DNA of 63,079 bases, the filler included, from Welwitschia mirabilis (Eukaryota), in the NCBI GenBank assembly GCA_051453625.1. It is 3 parts of one record of this genome, joined end to end, with 100 filler letters (N's around TTAATTAATTAA, not from the genome) between each part and the next. Parts side by side here need not be neighbours in the genome. Positions count along the whole stretch, not along the records: positions 11,870 to 31,101 come from JBOZIK010000001.1; positions 31,202 to 63,079 come from JBOZIK010000001.1; 1 more part is not named here. The stretch is one strand, 5' to 3'. The notes beneath the pieces are model-generated. The model made no database searches. It saw only the letters and a program-made list of their open reading frames with translations, and was not told the origin of the DNA. Within the stretch, counting starts at the first letter, position 1, and each line of letters begins with the position of its first letter. The translations under genes were made by a program, and so were the position numbers. Positions 27,500-41,030 of this stretch are shown one piece after another.

Positions 27500-28705
27500 C
27501 TCATCATGATGAAGTCTAATTTCTTCACATCTAGAAAAGGAAAGAAGCCAGCCTTAAAAGCAGATTGGTTTCTTTCATCTAAGCACAAGAACAATTGGCT
27601 TGGATGTTTTTCAAAGTAGCCTTTAGCTCTAGAAAGAATCATAGACTTTTATTCTTTTTGTCATGGGCTTAGGTTAAAGTCCAAATTTATAGAGCAAAGT
27701 TAGATATATGCTCTCAGTCTAGATACTTAAGCTTTAATAAAAATGGTATAATTATTTTACTACAATGGCATTTTTGATAAAAGTAATTGGAAGTTAATTT
27801 ATAAAGTATATGGATGGATATTAGAAGTAGATTTGGAAACTATCTCCTTAATTTCTAGTTTTCAAAATGATGGGTTCTTTAAAGAGATCAACTCAGTGGC
27901 CTCTTTATAAGAGGCAGTATCTAAAGATGTAATTACAGAAGAATTATGTGGTAAAAGAGTAGGTTGGCGAGTAAATATTTTAACAAATTAGTTAAAATCA
28001 TTTTACTAAGTTATTTTTTATTTTTCCACTCATAATTTGGTTTCCAAGCTTGACCATAAGGATGAAATGTCATACCTTTATGCTTATATTATCTTTATCT
28101 TAGGAACAAGTGTCAAAATCAAATTATGTAAATTTATTATGTATTATATTAGTTAGTTTTTCATGGNNNNNNNNNNNNNNNNNNNNNNNNNNNNNNNNNN
28201 NNNNNNNNNNNNNNNNNNNNNNNNNNNNNNNNNNNNNNNNNNNNNNNNNNNNNNNNNNNNNNNNNNCTTATGTAAATTTATTATGTATTATATTAGTTAG
28301 TTTTTCATGGCTAGTCACTTGAGCTTGCCATTCAGAGGTTTGATTATAGCTATTATTGAAAATCATTAGTTTACTATTCAAAAAGATGAAGAGCTAGTAA
28401 ATGTACTAAAGCCACTAAGATTTTTCTCTTTAAAGAAAATGAATATTTTTGAAAAGTAATTAGGTGTTTACCTCCTTCAAAGAAGAAACAACACATAGAA
28501 AAAGGATCTAACTTAGAACCTATTTCAAATAAATTTATCTACAAAGCCATTCAAAGTCTTCAAGATTAATAAATTGAACAAAAAGGTATATTACATGGTT
28601 CTTGGTCTCTCAGATTTTGGTCTAGATATTCTATCAGAGCTAGAAGAAGTAGTAGCTCAAGGAGAACTTGCATCCTCCTCTTATCATGATGATTCTTTTG
28701 ACTAG
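27500..28705 (+). pseudogene. D env-like extra ORF, decayed
   Basis: Lies between pol and the PPTs. Contains LFYYNG..KVYG, resembling the YP.L.RMFYSN..VVGK motif in the equivalent ORF of G. Confidence 0.55.
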
Positions 28706-29068
28706 TCTTTTTGTCTTTTATCTTACATTTATTCTTCTCATATTTTGCTTTCTATTTTGTCTTCTTTTTAATCTTTTATATTTTCAATGATGATAAAGGG
28801 AAAGAATATTTTGTATAATTAAAATTATCAATTTTCTAATGTAAATATCAAACTATAGTTTCCTTTATAAATTTTGTATAAATCTAAAAATTGTACCTTT
28901 ATGGTTATTTCTTATACTATTTTGGCATGACTACTCATCATATATTCGAATAATATATGGTTGTTTTAGATCAAGATTGTTGAATAAGTAAATCCAATCA
29001 AACTAGATGTTGAACTGAGGGGAGCATTCTTTCTACTTCTCATAAACTATCATTGAAAAGGAGGAGAT

Positions 29069-30075
29069 TATTGGAATGAAGATTCATTTCAATTATGAGC
29101 AATATAAGTTAACCAAGAACACAGATTTATTCAAGAATCTTATCATGCAAAATAACTATCTTAGGCCAAACAATCAAAGTAATAAAACATCCACCCTTTG
29201 ATATGGAACATTTAAACCTATTCACTGGAAAATATACTAAGATATTTGGTTCCATAATCTAGGATGTCCATACTATACATGAAAAAATATACCATGATGT
29301 CCACCCTTTGATCTAGACATCTAAGCCTGTGATCGGTTATAATGTACTAGGATGTCTGAAGCCTAGAACTAATATGTTCAACTCCTATTTGAGTTCTCTA
29401 TCAAGAATGATCTTTAAAAGTGGGACATCTAAATTTTTCTTATGGAACATCCAGTTAAATATCTATTACTAGCAAAATACAATTTAGATGAATATTATAC
29501 ATAGATTTTAAGGCATAAATAATTGAGAGTTAGAGGATAATAGCACACTCATCTTAACAAGCAGTCCTTAGGGTTTTCTCTCTTAAAAATCTCATATATA
29601 ATCAAAGTTCAATTTTTGTAAGATTACTAAATTATGGAAAACTTCATTTTGTATATCTAATTTAGAACTTTCTTTTTGATCAGATCCAATCTAGACTAAG
29701 GCTTACTATTCTCTCTGATTATAATTCATACTCATGAATCTAAGCATATAACGATTATACCTCATTAGGTTTTCTCTATCATTCTCTGGGGTTACTTAAG
29801 CAAGAGGAAATCCTATGATTTTAACCCTAGCTAAAGGGTAGTTATACTAAAGTAATTTGTTGATTAAGAGAACCAAGAGGCTGAAGGCTTGTGTTATCTC
29901 TTGTAAGTGAAGTAGGCTTGGAGAGCCAAATCAATATAAAAATTTGATAGTTTATTATTGTGCATTATTTAAGTTTTTTTAATTTATTTCTTCTTTCATC
30001 TAATTATTGTTTTAGTTTTAAGTTAAAGTTAAAAACCCTGTTCATCCTTCTCTAGGGCGTTTTATGATCCTAACA
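29069..30075 (+). repeat. 3' LTR of D
   Basis: Follows the PPT and ends CCTAACA. Confidence 0.9.
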
Positions 30076-31101
30076 TAAGGTTGTGATACTTTCATGGTAA
30101 AAAGGTAATTAACAATATTGGCATACCAACAAGGAGGATGAGTAGAAGATATAGGAAAAAGTTGTCCATCCATAAAAAATCATCAATCAAAAGATAATTA
30201 AGAGGAAAGAAATACAATTCTTGCAAGAGGAGGATCCACCTAATTAGTCTAGCACTTGAATCTTTCTTGGTTATAAGGTATCATGTTATAGCATGGTTGG
30301 TATAAACATTTGTATAAAAGTTTAAAAGATAATATCTAAGTATCTTAAGGTGAAAGATAATTTCTAACACTTCTTTCTATGGAGTAGTATAATTCATTCG
30401 AGTTTACTATGATAATATATAACCTTAAAATCATTTTCATATTTTTAACCAAATATCCCATCCATTGTAAAATTACTAGCATTACGTATTAACTTAAAAT
30501 CTTTTTCCCAATATAGTCTTATTACAATAGGAGCATAAGAGAATTTATGTTTTAGTTTATTAAAAGCAAGCTAACAAGATTGATTTCAATCAAATTTAGC
30601 TTCTTTTTATAGTAACAAGTGAAGGGCTTTATAAATTTTTGCATAATGTTAAATAAATCGATGATAAAAATCACAATAACCAAGAAAGGATTGAGATTGT
30701 TTTACATTAATTGGAGGAGTTAGGTTTTGAATGATATCAATCTTTTTAGAGTCCATCCTAATCCCTTTATCCAAAATATGATGACCTAAAACAGTTCCAT
30801 TATTAACTAAAAATAAACATTTCTTCTAACTCAAATGTAGGCCACTAGAAATACATCTATCAAGGAATTTCTCTAATCTTTCTAAGATTTCCTTAAAGCT
30901 TTTACCATATATAGATAATTCATCTATAAAAATTTCTATTAAATCCTCTAACATATAAAAAATAATACTAATCTTTGTACATTTAAAAGTACTAGGGGCA
31001 TTGGATAGCCCAAAAGACATGCGCCTAAAAGTAAAAGTACCAAAAGGTGAAGTAAAGGGAGTTTTAGTTTGGTCTTCACTAGCAATACAGACATGATTAT
31101 A
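30076..31101 (-). pseudogene. C RT and RNase H, decayed
   Basis: MSFGLSNAPSTF...IEIFIDELSIYG (Gypsy RT, catalytic motif mutated). Confidence 0.88.
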
Positions 31102-31145
31102 NNNNNNNNNNNNNNNNNNNNNNNNNNNNNNNNNNNNNNNNNNNN

Positions 31146-31157
31146 TTAATTAATTAA
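31146..31157. other. Artificial TTAATTAATTAA scaffold linker
   Basis: Same six-frame-stop 12-mer within Ns. Confidence 0.85.
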
Positions 31158-31201
31158 NNNNNNNNNNNNNNNNNNNNNNNNNNNNNNNNNNNNNNNNNNN
31201 N

Positions 31202-32705
31202 TCTTGGTTCTCAGAAGCTATCATCCTGTATGTCGTCTAGACAAATACTTGAGATGACAGAGACAAAAAACATAGACAACCACAGAATGAGGGAAAGAAG
31301 AAAAGGGATCAGTCATTTGACTGTGACGTCTGAATGATGAAGGAGATGTCAGTAGTTAGTAAAAAGTTAAAAACTAAAATAAAATACTTACAGAATACTG
31401 GTATACCAATGCTACAACAAACATCTGAAATATCCACTGAAGCAACAACAACTCTTAATTTCTAAGTAGCCTTCCCCAGCAATGGCGTTAATTTGTTGTG
31501 GTGTGACTTTATGCAATGTCTCACGCCTGGATTTAAATCCTCTTAATTACAAATAAGATTCACAAATATAGCATGCTAGTATAGTCAGAGTGATCCGAAT
31601 CTCATAATTCCATTGAAGGCTGATAGTATGAATAATAAAGAATTGATTTCAAGAAAGAAATATGTAACCTTAATCTATTGAATTAAATTTCAATGCATGA
31701 AATTGAAATAATGATGCAAAACTAATCTATAAAAAGAAACAGTAATGCACCTAATCTAATCGAGCTTAATCTTAACAAAGGCTGCCCTTATAATCTATAT
31801 AATTAAAGAAACCTGTTACAAATCTTAAACAACATAAACTATGAGGAATAAGTTCCTGCAATTACTGACAAAAAAGATAATTCATATTAAAAAGTATAAG
31901 TAACATCTGTACCACAAAGTAGTCATTCCTCAATGGAGGATATGCTGCTCAACACCAAGGTAATGTCTCTTTGGATTACAAGAGGTTCTCCGGTCCCAAG
32001 ATCTCCTGTCTTGATAATATTAGGTACTATTAAAGATGATTAAAGATCAAGGGAGAAACCTTTATTTATAGACAGAAAGGGAAAGGGAATTGAAAGAGAA
32101 GTAGAAGAGAAACCCTAGTTGACATGAAAAGTAAAGACACAAAGAAGTGGTAACAACTCGGGAAAACATTTTGTAAAACTATGGAAAAATAGTGTTGTCT
32201 TTCTAGTCATCCGGATAAAGGAGGAGACGACAAGAATAGATAATTGGAACTTTGATTCTGGTTCAGTTTATCTCCTTATCTAACTGCATGCAAACCATCG
32301 TCAATAGGTTCTCGAGATGTCGTCCACTAGTGTCGTCTGGATAATTAGGTGGACTATGATATCTAGTACAGAATTTTTTAGTTTGTCTAGAAGTTATCTG
32401 GAAAGAAGTCTATTTGTTGTTCAATTGGGGTTGTCATCCTGACTATTGCGTGGACAACGGGGTGGACGACAGTTTTTTCTTGATCTTTTCTCAGTGAGAT
32501 TAATTTGTCTTGTGTAGAATCATGAACCAAAAATGATACTCTTCTATTCCTGCATGAATTGCTTGTATTTTATTTGATATTTGCATGTTTTCATCTTGTG
32601 CTCCTTGATTCTCGATTGTCATAGGAACTAAGCAATTATCTATTAATTTATTTGCAAAATAACTCAAAATATCCTATGAAATACAGATAAGTTAGTGTCA
32701 CAACA
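31202..32705 (-). mobile_element. Element E: 5' LTR (31494-32705), PBS and leader of an Athila-like element inserted in F integrase
   Basis: TGTTGTG...CACAACA ends. Minus-strand PBS TAACGCCATTGCTGGGGA (31473-31490) versus TGGCGCCGTTGCCGGGGA. The remainder is lost in the gap. Confidence 0.8.
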
Positions 32706-33981
32706 TTGTTCATCTTTATTATAATTGTCTTTATGGAGGTATTGATTTTATAGGCCCTATTCATCCACCTTTACATGATAAACATTATATTTCAGTGGTT
32801 ATAAATTATGTTAATAAATGAGTTGAAGATATTTCTACTTCTTTAAATAATGCTCAAATGTTTAACATTTTCTTAGAACTCATATTTTTAGTAACTTAGT
32901 TTTCCTAGGATTATCATTAGTAATTAAGGAACTTATTTTATTAATCAACGTTTTAGAAAACTTCTTTATTCCATTAGAATAGAATATAGAGTAGCTTATG
33001 CTTATCATCTTCAAACTAATGTATAGGCTGAAAATGCACACAGAGAAATTAAGAAAATGTTACAAATCTATGTTAATAAGAAATATTGGGCTTCTAATAT
33101 TAATGATGTTTTATGGGCTTACCATACTACATGGTGTACTTCTCTTGGTTTTCACCTCATAGACTTATGTGTGGAAAAATTTACGTTTTATCTATTGATA
33201 TAAGCTATAATTCTTATCATGCTTCTCATCGACTTAATCTTGTAGACCTTCATAAAAATGTTGAACATAGATTAGCCCAATTAGATCATCTTAATAAAAA
33301 GTGTTCTCATGCTATACATTATCAATTAATCCATAAAACACAAGCTAAGTTTAAACATGATAAAAACTTACTTCATAAAAAGTTTAAACCTAGTTAACTT
33401 ATTCGTTTATACAACACTAGAGTACATATTTTGAATAACAAGTTGATCTCTAAATTCTTAGGTTATTCTCTTATAGAAAGAGTTCATTCTAATGGCTCTA
33501 TGGAGATTTCTAACTTAGAGGCTAAGGAGATTTAAAAAGTTAATAGACAACAACTAAAACTATATGAAGGATCTTTTGATGCAACGGTGAAAATGATAGA
33601 AGCATTTATTTTAAAGATTCCCCTTGATGAGGAGAACTTCCACCCTATCATTGTCTGAATTTGTTTTTAGCTTATTCCTTTAGTGAATGTTATGATATCA
33701 CTTGATCATCTTTTAAAACTGACTTATATGTTGCTTTATAAAGTTTTCCATGACTAATATTTAAAATTAGGTATTTTATAATGGTAAGATTGGGTTCATC
33801 TAATCTTGAAACATTCTCATATCTATGGACTTCATTTTAAAGGAAGATGTCTTAGTTCTTGTGCTTTTTTCCTTTTAATGGTATAAGGTATTTGGTTGAT
33901 TGGAAGTGCTCTTTTCTATCTTTAATCTTACTTATTCACTTTTATCTTTTTGAGTGTGTGATCAAGTGGGAATTTTTCTAT

Positions 33982-33983
<2 letters not shown>

Positions 33984-34044
<61 letters not shown>
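33984..34044. repeat. (GA)~30 microsatellite
   Basis: Perfect dinucleotide run. Confidence 0.97.
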
Positions 34045-34046
<2 letters not shown>

Positions 34047-35809
34047 TAAATATTTCCTAAAGAAACATTTGAGAATGTTAGTAACTATGGGAATTCCACT
34101 AGGGGTTAGTTGATCATGCTGTACAGGTCCTTACTTCTCTGATTGTGGTTGCACTTCCCTCATCATAGAAAAGTTGTAATAAACTTTGAGGCTATAGGAT
34201 CAGTGGTGTTCCTAGTGTTATTAAAGATATTACTTATTTTTAAGACTCTTAGTATTTCTATATGATCATTCCACTTTTCAGGATTCTAGTGTGTTTACAA
34301 GGTGTGAGTAGGTGAGTTAATTTCTGGGTAGCTTTTGACCTTGTCATTCATTGTTCTAAGCACTTGAGTTTTGGTGTTGCCATAATCACTACCTTTTTAA
34401 GTGAAATTTTATGGATTTTATATATTTTATCATGAATTTTTTACTCAGGTGGTTTTATGATGTCTTATTTAGGGATTTGCTAGATTAGAATTTAAGATAG
34501 GTAAGCAATCGTCTTCTTATTTCTTATGTCTATTTTCATTATATTTTTCTTTAATCTTTTAGTTTATTATTTTAAAGTTAATTTTACATTTTCTCATCTT
34601 TATATAAGACCTTATCATTTAGTAGTTTCTTTGCTATTCATTTATGTAATATTATTTTCACTTAGAATTTGAATTAATCAGAACATCATTTACATTTCAT
34701 AGCTTTTATGAGATTTCTTATACCTTTTGGAGTTCTATGCTTTATTTTGTTTTACTTTTTAGTTTGGATACATTCATTCATTCTTCATGGTTAGGTTTAA
34801 GCTTAGTCAGTTTATTTTCTTTAGCCATAGTTTTCTTTTGTTTTGAGTTTATTCATTCATTCCAATTTTCACGATTTTCTTTCTCATTTCCTATTTTTCT
34901 AAGCTTTCTGATAAAATCTGATACTTTGATGATTATATTTTAGCTTAATATTTTTAACTAAACATCTTTATTTTTGCAAAAAATTTCATGATTCCATCAT
35001 CCACTTGGTCATCTAGATGATACTAGGCAGATAACCATATGTTTTTTCCTGAGAGTCATCATAGAACTATTGTTCAGATGACACGACTGGAAGAAAATGT
35101 GATAAAACTATGGCTCAAACACTTTTCCTTCATTTTTCTTCATTTTCTTATCATTTTTACCCATTCCTTCAAGACATGATGACCCTCTGGACTTTGCTAG
35201 CACCTTGGATTTTTTCTTGCTTAATTTCACTTCCATATTTCCAAGTTTTGTGTGAATTTTTTAAAACGTGATATGTTTTTATCTTCCTTTTTTTTCAATA
35301 TTTTCTTTTATTTTCCTCCTTTTGATGTATATGTTTCATGTATCTTTATTATTTTCTTACACTCTTTGATTTGGAACTTACGGATTTAATTTTTACTGCA
35401 CATTTTGAAAGTTATGATTAGTTGTGTGTTTTATAAAAAACTTTAACTTTCTATCTTACACACTCAATTTCTTGTAATTTATAGATTGAAATGCAGTGGT
35501 CCTTTAGAAAAAATTAATTAGTTCTATGTGTTTTACAATTCCACTCAATTAGATTTTTCATTTTGAGCAGTTTGAATTTTTATGATATGTGGGGCTCACT
35601 TAAAAATTACTTTTCCATTTTTTGTGCATTCATAATTTTCTTTTCATAACTAGGTAATACAAAATGTATTGACACTTTTAGGATGGGTAGAATGTATTTT
35701 CCTCTTTTTTTCTATTTTTTAATCAATTTTAGGGATCGTGTTAAGCATCCACATGATATATTTGACTTGTTATTTGATCTCGCATAATGTTTTTGTGTAT
35801 TTTTAACTA

Positions 35810-37090
35810 AGTAAGCCCCATACGCAAAGAGCTAGATAGGCTGAGGCTAAGGCCAAGGCTATAAAGTAGGAGGTTGACCCTCTAGTATCTCTAGAGGTTA
35901 AGTGTGTAGAGCCTGTGCATCCTCTGCCTTGACACAAATGTTCATTAGTGATACAGAGAGTTACCATCTATATTAAGCGATATTTTAAAGACTTCATAAG
36001 ATGGATAAATCTTAAGGTTTATTAGAGGCTATTAGATCTCTAGTTATGATGGATTTTAAATGCACATGGATTATAATATATATCATAGATGAGAGAGTTC
36101 TATGATACCATGCACATTGAGCCTAATCCAGACTCTTGTGGTCACTTGGTTGATATGATCATACCTTATATTTAGAACCATAAGATTGCTATACTCTTAT
36201 TTCACATCATAGTAGTTATAGATATAGGCAATTTTAGCAGTTTGCATATTTATTAAACTAGAAGAATCAAGAAGCATCGTGCATATGATGCTGTATTAGA
36301 TATGCTAGTGAATTTGATGATAGACAGGCAGGGTGTTCTTATTACTCAGTTGATACTAGCATACAAGGTACTTCATAGAGGATTAATCCATGACATCAGT
36401 CCATCATTTCATGATAGTCATGCCATAGTCATGCATTTATAGATACTAGCATCTTTTAGGTAGGTAGAGCAGATGGATCTACTAATTTTCATTTGAAGGA
36501 GACTTAAGTCGATGGTATAGGTATGATAGTTATAGACTCTAGGTTATCTATATCTCCTCTTAGCTTTATTTAGATAATTTGGGATACCAAAGCCCATAGC
36601 TAAGCAACACCTTTCTTATATTTAAACTTGTACTCGCTACTTACAAGACATGAGCATCCAAGTACCAAGAGAGGTAAAGCGACCTCAGGTATAAAGACCT
36701 ACGATTTTAGTGATACTTAAATAGATCTAAATCCTGTTAGTGGAGATTACCTAGACCATCAAAGGTTTCACTAGTCATGGTATCAAAACTTTAAACTAGA
36801 GGATCTAAACTCTAGATTATAGAACTCAAACATTAGAGTAGAGGATCCTAATAGTTGAGAGGAGAGTTCAGCACTCTAAGGATTATATTGTTGATGTGTG
36901 CTAGTGCATTATCTCTTTATAGTAGAGTGTTATGGTAGATACTCTAGAGGNNNNNNNNNNATGTTTAGCAAGATGAGACAGTTCATTTCATTTCCACATC
37001 TTTGGACCTCTATTTCTATGCTAATCTTGAGCATCCTTCATCTTCTTCCCCTACACTGAATCAGCTACCCAGATAGAGTTCATTATATGA
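35810..37090 (+). pseudogene. Extra ORF of F, decayed
   Basis: Inverted homolog of 16296-17545. Starts with AEAKAKA-like repeats and ends ...ATQIEFII. Confidence 0.6.
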
Positions 37091-37608
37091 TGATAAGGGG
37101 AGTGATTTTTTTACATTTTGTATCTTTTCTTCTATATATTTTTATACTAAAAATAATTATTATATATATAATTTTTTAATTCTGCTTGGTGTACTTTTTT
37201 GTTTGATTTTCATGTTTATCTTCCCTTTTCACATGTTATGATGAGGATTAATTATATTTAGGTAATCATTTTAGTTATTTACTATATATTTTAGTTAAGT
37301 GCTTTTAATTATAAGTATACTTACTAATTATATCATAGGTTTCTATTTTCAAAGAATCATTTTTAAGCCTATTTTTTTCCCATAGTGTCTGGACAATGAC
37401 TGGACGACCATATGGCTAGTCATTCAATCAAGTAAAATGTTCAATTTTTTGATTTTTTATGATTCAATTTATATCTCTGAGATTCCTGAAATTTTTTTTA
37501 GATAATTTCTTTAGTACCTTAGTTATTTTTATTATTAGATGAGTTGACTCATAACCACGGTTTAGAACTTGGTTTTGTCAAGGACTAATAAGGCTAAGTG
37601 AAAGGCTA

Positions 37609-38943
37609 TGTTGTGCTACCAACTTATATATATTTAATAAGGTATTTTGAGTAGTTTTGTAGGATATTAGATATGTTTATGCTAGATTTCCACGATAATG
37701 GAGAGATGAGATAAAAGATACAAAAACATGCAATCTCCATAATATGTTGCAGTATTTAGAGTAGTTCACAATATTTCCTATTTTGAAGAAAACTTCTTAT
37801 AAACCTTGAGGTTGATGCATTAGAAAAATACTTGTAAAAGCCTACTGTCCATTTCATTATCCAAATGACTGTATAGATGACATAATAGTAAAGTTAACAA
37901 GGATGATCACTGTAATTAATTTGGTAGATGACATGGATTATGAGGCATCATCTCCTATATCATCTAAACGACCCATAGGACGACATCTACTATAATGCTT
38001 CACTAAAAATTAACCTAACTTTTATCATTTATCTATGTGTTTTTGCACAGCTATTAGGTTGTGCCCACATTTATTTGTTTATTTTATTATTTATGTGTCT
38101 ATTTATCAATAAGTATTAATTCCACATTTGACTCTGTCTTGTCTTTGTTTTCACAAGAAATTCATGTGATAGGAGATCAAAGGACCAGATATCTATCCTT
38201 GGTAGTTGTAAAGAGATGTATTCCTTGATGTTGGACTATGTTTCCTCCATTGAGGTATGGCTGCTTTATAATACGAATATGGTTTGAGATTAATATAAAG
38301 AACTCTTTCTGTGGTTTGAGATTAATATAAAGAACTCTTTTCCATTTTTAGTGCTTATTATTACTTATTCCTCAAAGTTTATTCTAATTCAGTGATAACT
38401 TTTTGAGTAATATAGACTATGAGGACAACTTTTGTTAATGTGGAACATTATTAATTTAGATGCATTGTTCCTTTTCTTTTCTAGATTAACTTCATAAAAG
38501 TGTATTACATTGTGATTTTCTACACTTTAATTTATTTCTATTCCTAGAATACGTAAGAGTTTCTTACTAAAATCAATTCTCTTACTTCTAGCTTGGGCCT
38601 TTGATAGATTACAACATTTGAGTCCAGTCCAGTTTATATTANNNNNNNNNNNNNNNNNNNNNNNNNNNNNNNNNNNNNNNNNNNNNNNNNNNNNNNNNNN
38701 NNNNNNNNNNNNNNNNNNNNNNNNNNNNNNNNNNNNNNNNNATTTATTTCTATTCCTAGAATATGTAAGAGTTTCTTACTAAAATAAATTCTCTTACTTC
38801 TAGCTTGGGCCTTTGATAGATTACAACATTTGAGTCCACTCCAGTTTATATTAATGTATTATGTTATGCAAAATATCTATTTTATTTGTAAATAACAAAA
38901 TCTCCTTAAGCATAATCATTTACACAAATACACACTGTAATCA
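37609..38943 (+). repeat. 3' LTR of F
   Basis: TGTTGTG start after the PPT. Reverse-complement homology to the C LTRs. Confidence 0.85.
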
Positions 38944-41030
38944 ATAACCACATCAATAAGGTAGAATGCTTCTTCTATTTGAATCACTAAATCTTTAAGC
39001 ATGCCTAAAGCTTTCTTAATTAATGCATCTTCTAATTTTATTATAATTCTTATAGGCTTAATTATACTTATTAACCTAAGTCATTGACAAATGTACAAGG
39101 GTATAATGTTAACATTCACTCTTATATCAATCAAGGCTTTCTTTATTCTTCTGTTTCCTTCCAAAGTAATACTAATAGTTGCTTCCCCTAGATCCTTAAA
39201 CTTTGGATATTTTTATAAGACCAAGTTGTTTATGGATTGGACTAGAAAGACTTTACTATGTATAATTTATTTTTGTTTCCTCCCAATCATATCTTTCCAC
39301 AACTTAGAATATTTAGAATTCTCTTATAAAAGTTTTTAAAATGGTAAATTTATGTTCAAACTTTGCATTAAGGCTTTATGATGTTTATCAAAAGTAGAAT
39401 TATGTTTAATCTATCAATCTAAGGGATAATAGGTTTCTTACTTTTTTCTTGAAAATAATTTTTCTTATTATTATTTAAAGGAGAAGGGAAATAATGATTT
39501 TCTAAAATTTCTATATCTTCTTCTTCTTCATCATTTTTATGATTTTAGGATGTTTTAGCCTTATGGGTAGGAGGTGTTATCTCATTTTTACTTTTTATTA
39601 CAATCTTATAATCTTTCTTAATTTTAGTAGTATTTGGTATAGGTTGTATTGCAAGTGACCCTTATGGTCTTTGATTAGCAAGCATAGTTTGTTGTAAAAC
39701 ATTAACAAGATTTTCAATTTAGAATTTGCTTTCTTTTGAGTTTTTTTCAACTCATCAATGGAATTCCTAAGTGGATGACTTTGATTTTATGAGTTGCATG
39801 TAATTACTTAATTATTAGAGTTGTTTGATTGGAAATTTACATTCTAAAATATTTTTCTAAATGGTTGAAAATTAGGATGATTTGCTTGAAATTTTTAAGT
39901 TTGTTTTCAAAGGGTTGAAAATTTGGTTGTTCATTCATTCTAGGTTGAAAATTATTTTTATTTTGGTTCTAATTTTGACTTTAAAAGTTTGAATACCTTT
40001 GATTAAAAGCACATATTTTTTTCATAAATCTTTTCTTTATAAGTTGACAATAAAGGATAATCTTTTATCACATGGTAGTTGTCTTTCATAAATTACAAGT
40101 TGGAACTACAACCACACTTTTTTCTATTGTCACCTTTGCATCCAAGATAATTTGAGTTTATTTCTATAAATTTGTGGTAAAAACCCTAATGACATTAGTT
40201 ATTGTTTTTTTTTTTAAGTTTTTACTTCCTCATTCTCTTCTTAACCTCTTTAAGATCTTTAATGATTTGGACTACTATACAATTTTGTTTAGATGATGGT
40301 TTAAGACAAGTTTTACTTACTTTCACTAGTTCTCTTAACACTCTTCAAGCACTTTTTAGTATAAAGTTCATTAAATTTCCTCTACATGAAAAATTCAACA
40401 AGTTACTTAGTTTAACTATTAAGTCCACAATAAAAGTAGTCTACTAATTCTTCTAAAGATAAAATGGCTATGGAATTTAATGTAAAGCCATAAAAAATTT
40501 CTCATAGGTGGAAGCATAGTCTTCATTAGGCTATTATTAGTACTTTGTTACTTCTTTCTTTTATTTTCTTATTGTTGTTTTATTCATAAATCTCTTTCTG
40601 AAATCTTTTTAAACTTGATTTGATGTTTTGAAACTTTTATGGAGAATAGTTTTTAACCAAAGTTTAGCTTTTTCTTTTAAAGCAATGGAAAAAATTACCA
40701 TATAAGTTTGATTACTTATTCTTTTCTTACCATTTCTAAGAGTGAGTACTAACTTTTTTATGTTAGTAATATGCTATAAAAGATATTCATCATTTTGTCC
40801 ATTGAAAATGGTGTAAGTGTTTAGATTTTTAAGTTTGACATTGTTACTAAGAGGTAAATTAAAAGGGGTTTAGATTTCACATTTCTTATTAGCTATAATC
40901 TCTCTAAGGATGACATTAACATAAGGATAGATAAGCGTAGTCATAGGGATTCCAATAATAATAGGGGGATTTTAACTAGACATATTTATAAAATCATTTT
41001 CCTTTAAACTATCTTCTAAACAATCTCTTA
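38944..41030 (-). pseudogene. C gag and protease, decayed
   Basis: Minus strand KALIDIRVNVNIIP (~39100-39140), PKFKDLG and GMLKDLVIQI. Retrotrans-gag-like region at ~40500-40850. Confidence 0.8.

Larger units (their letters stand above)
21289..30075 (+). mobile_element. Element D: full-length but decayed Sirevirus-like Copia inserted in C pol
   Basis: ~1.0-kb LTRs at 21289-22298 and 29069-30075. PBS TAGTATTAGAGC at 22301-22312. PPT AAAAGGAGGAGA at ~29057-29067, with extra PPT-like copies at ~28795 and ~29017. Flanks TAATG/TAAGG (4/5 TSD match). Confidence 0.92.
32706..38943 (+). mobile_element. Element F: 3' half of a C-family Athila-like element in opposite orientation
   Basis: Integrase GIDFIGPIHPP...AYHLQTN (32706-33655), a long spacer, extra ORF, PPT AAGTGAAAGGCTA and 3' LTR at 37609-38943. 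C protease resumes after it. Confidence 0.85.

Noticed and set aside
11814..31157. TTAATTAATTAA islands as biological palindromes
   Set aside because: Identical 12-mers centred in N runs are an assembly linker.
33859..34113. RE-repeat protein ORF
   Set aside because: Translation of the (GA)n microsatellite.
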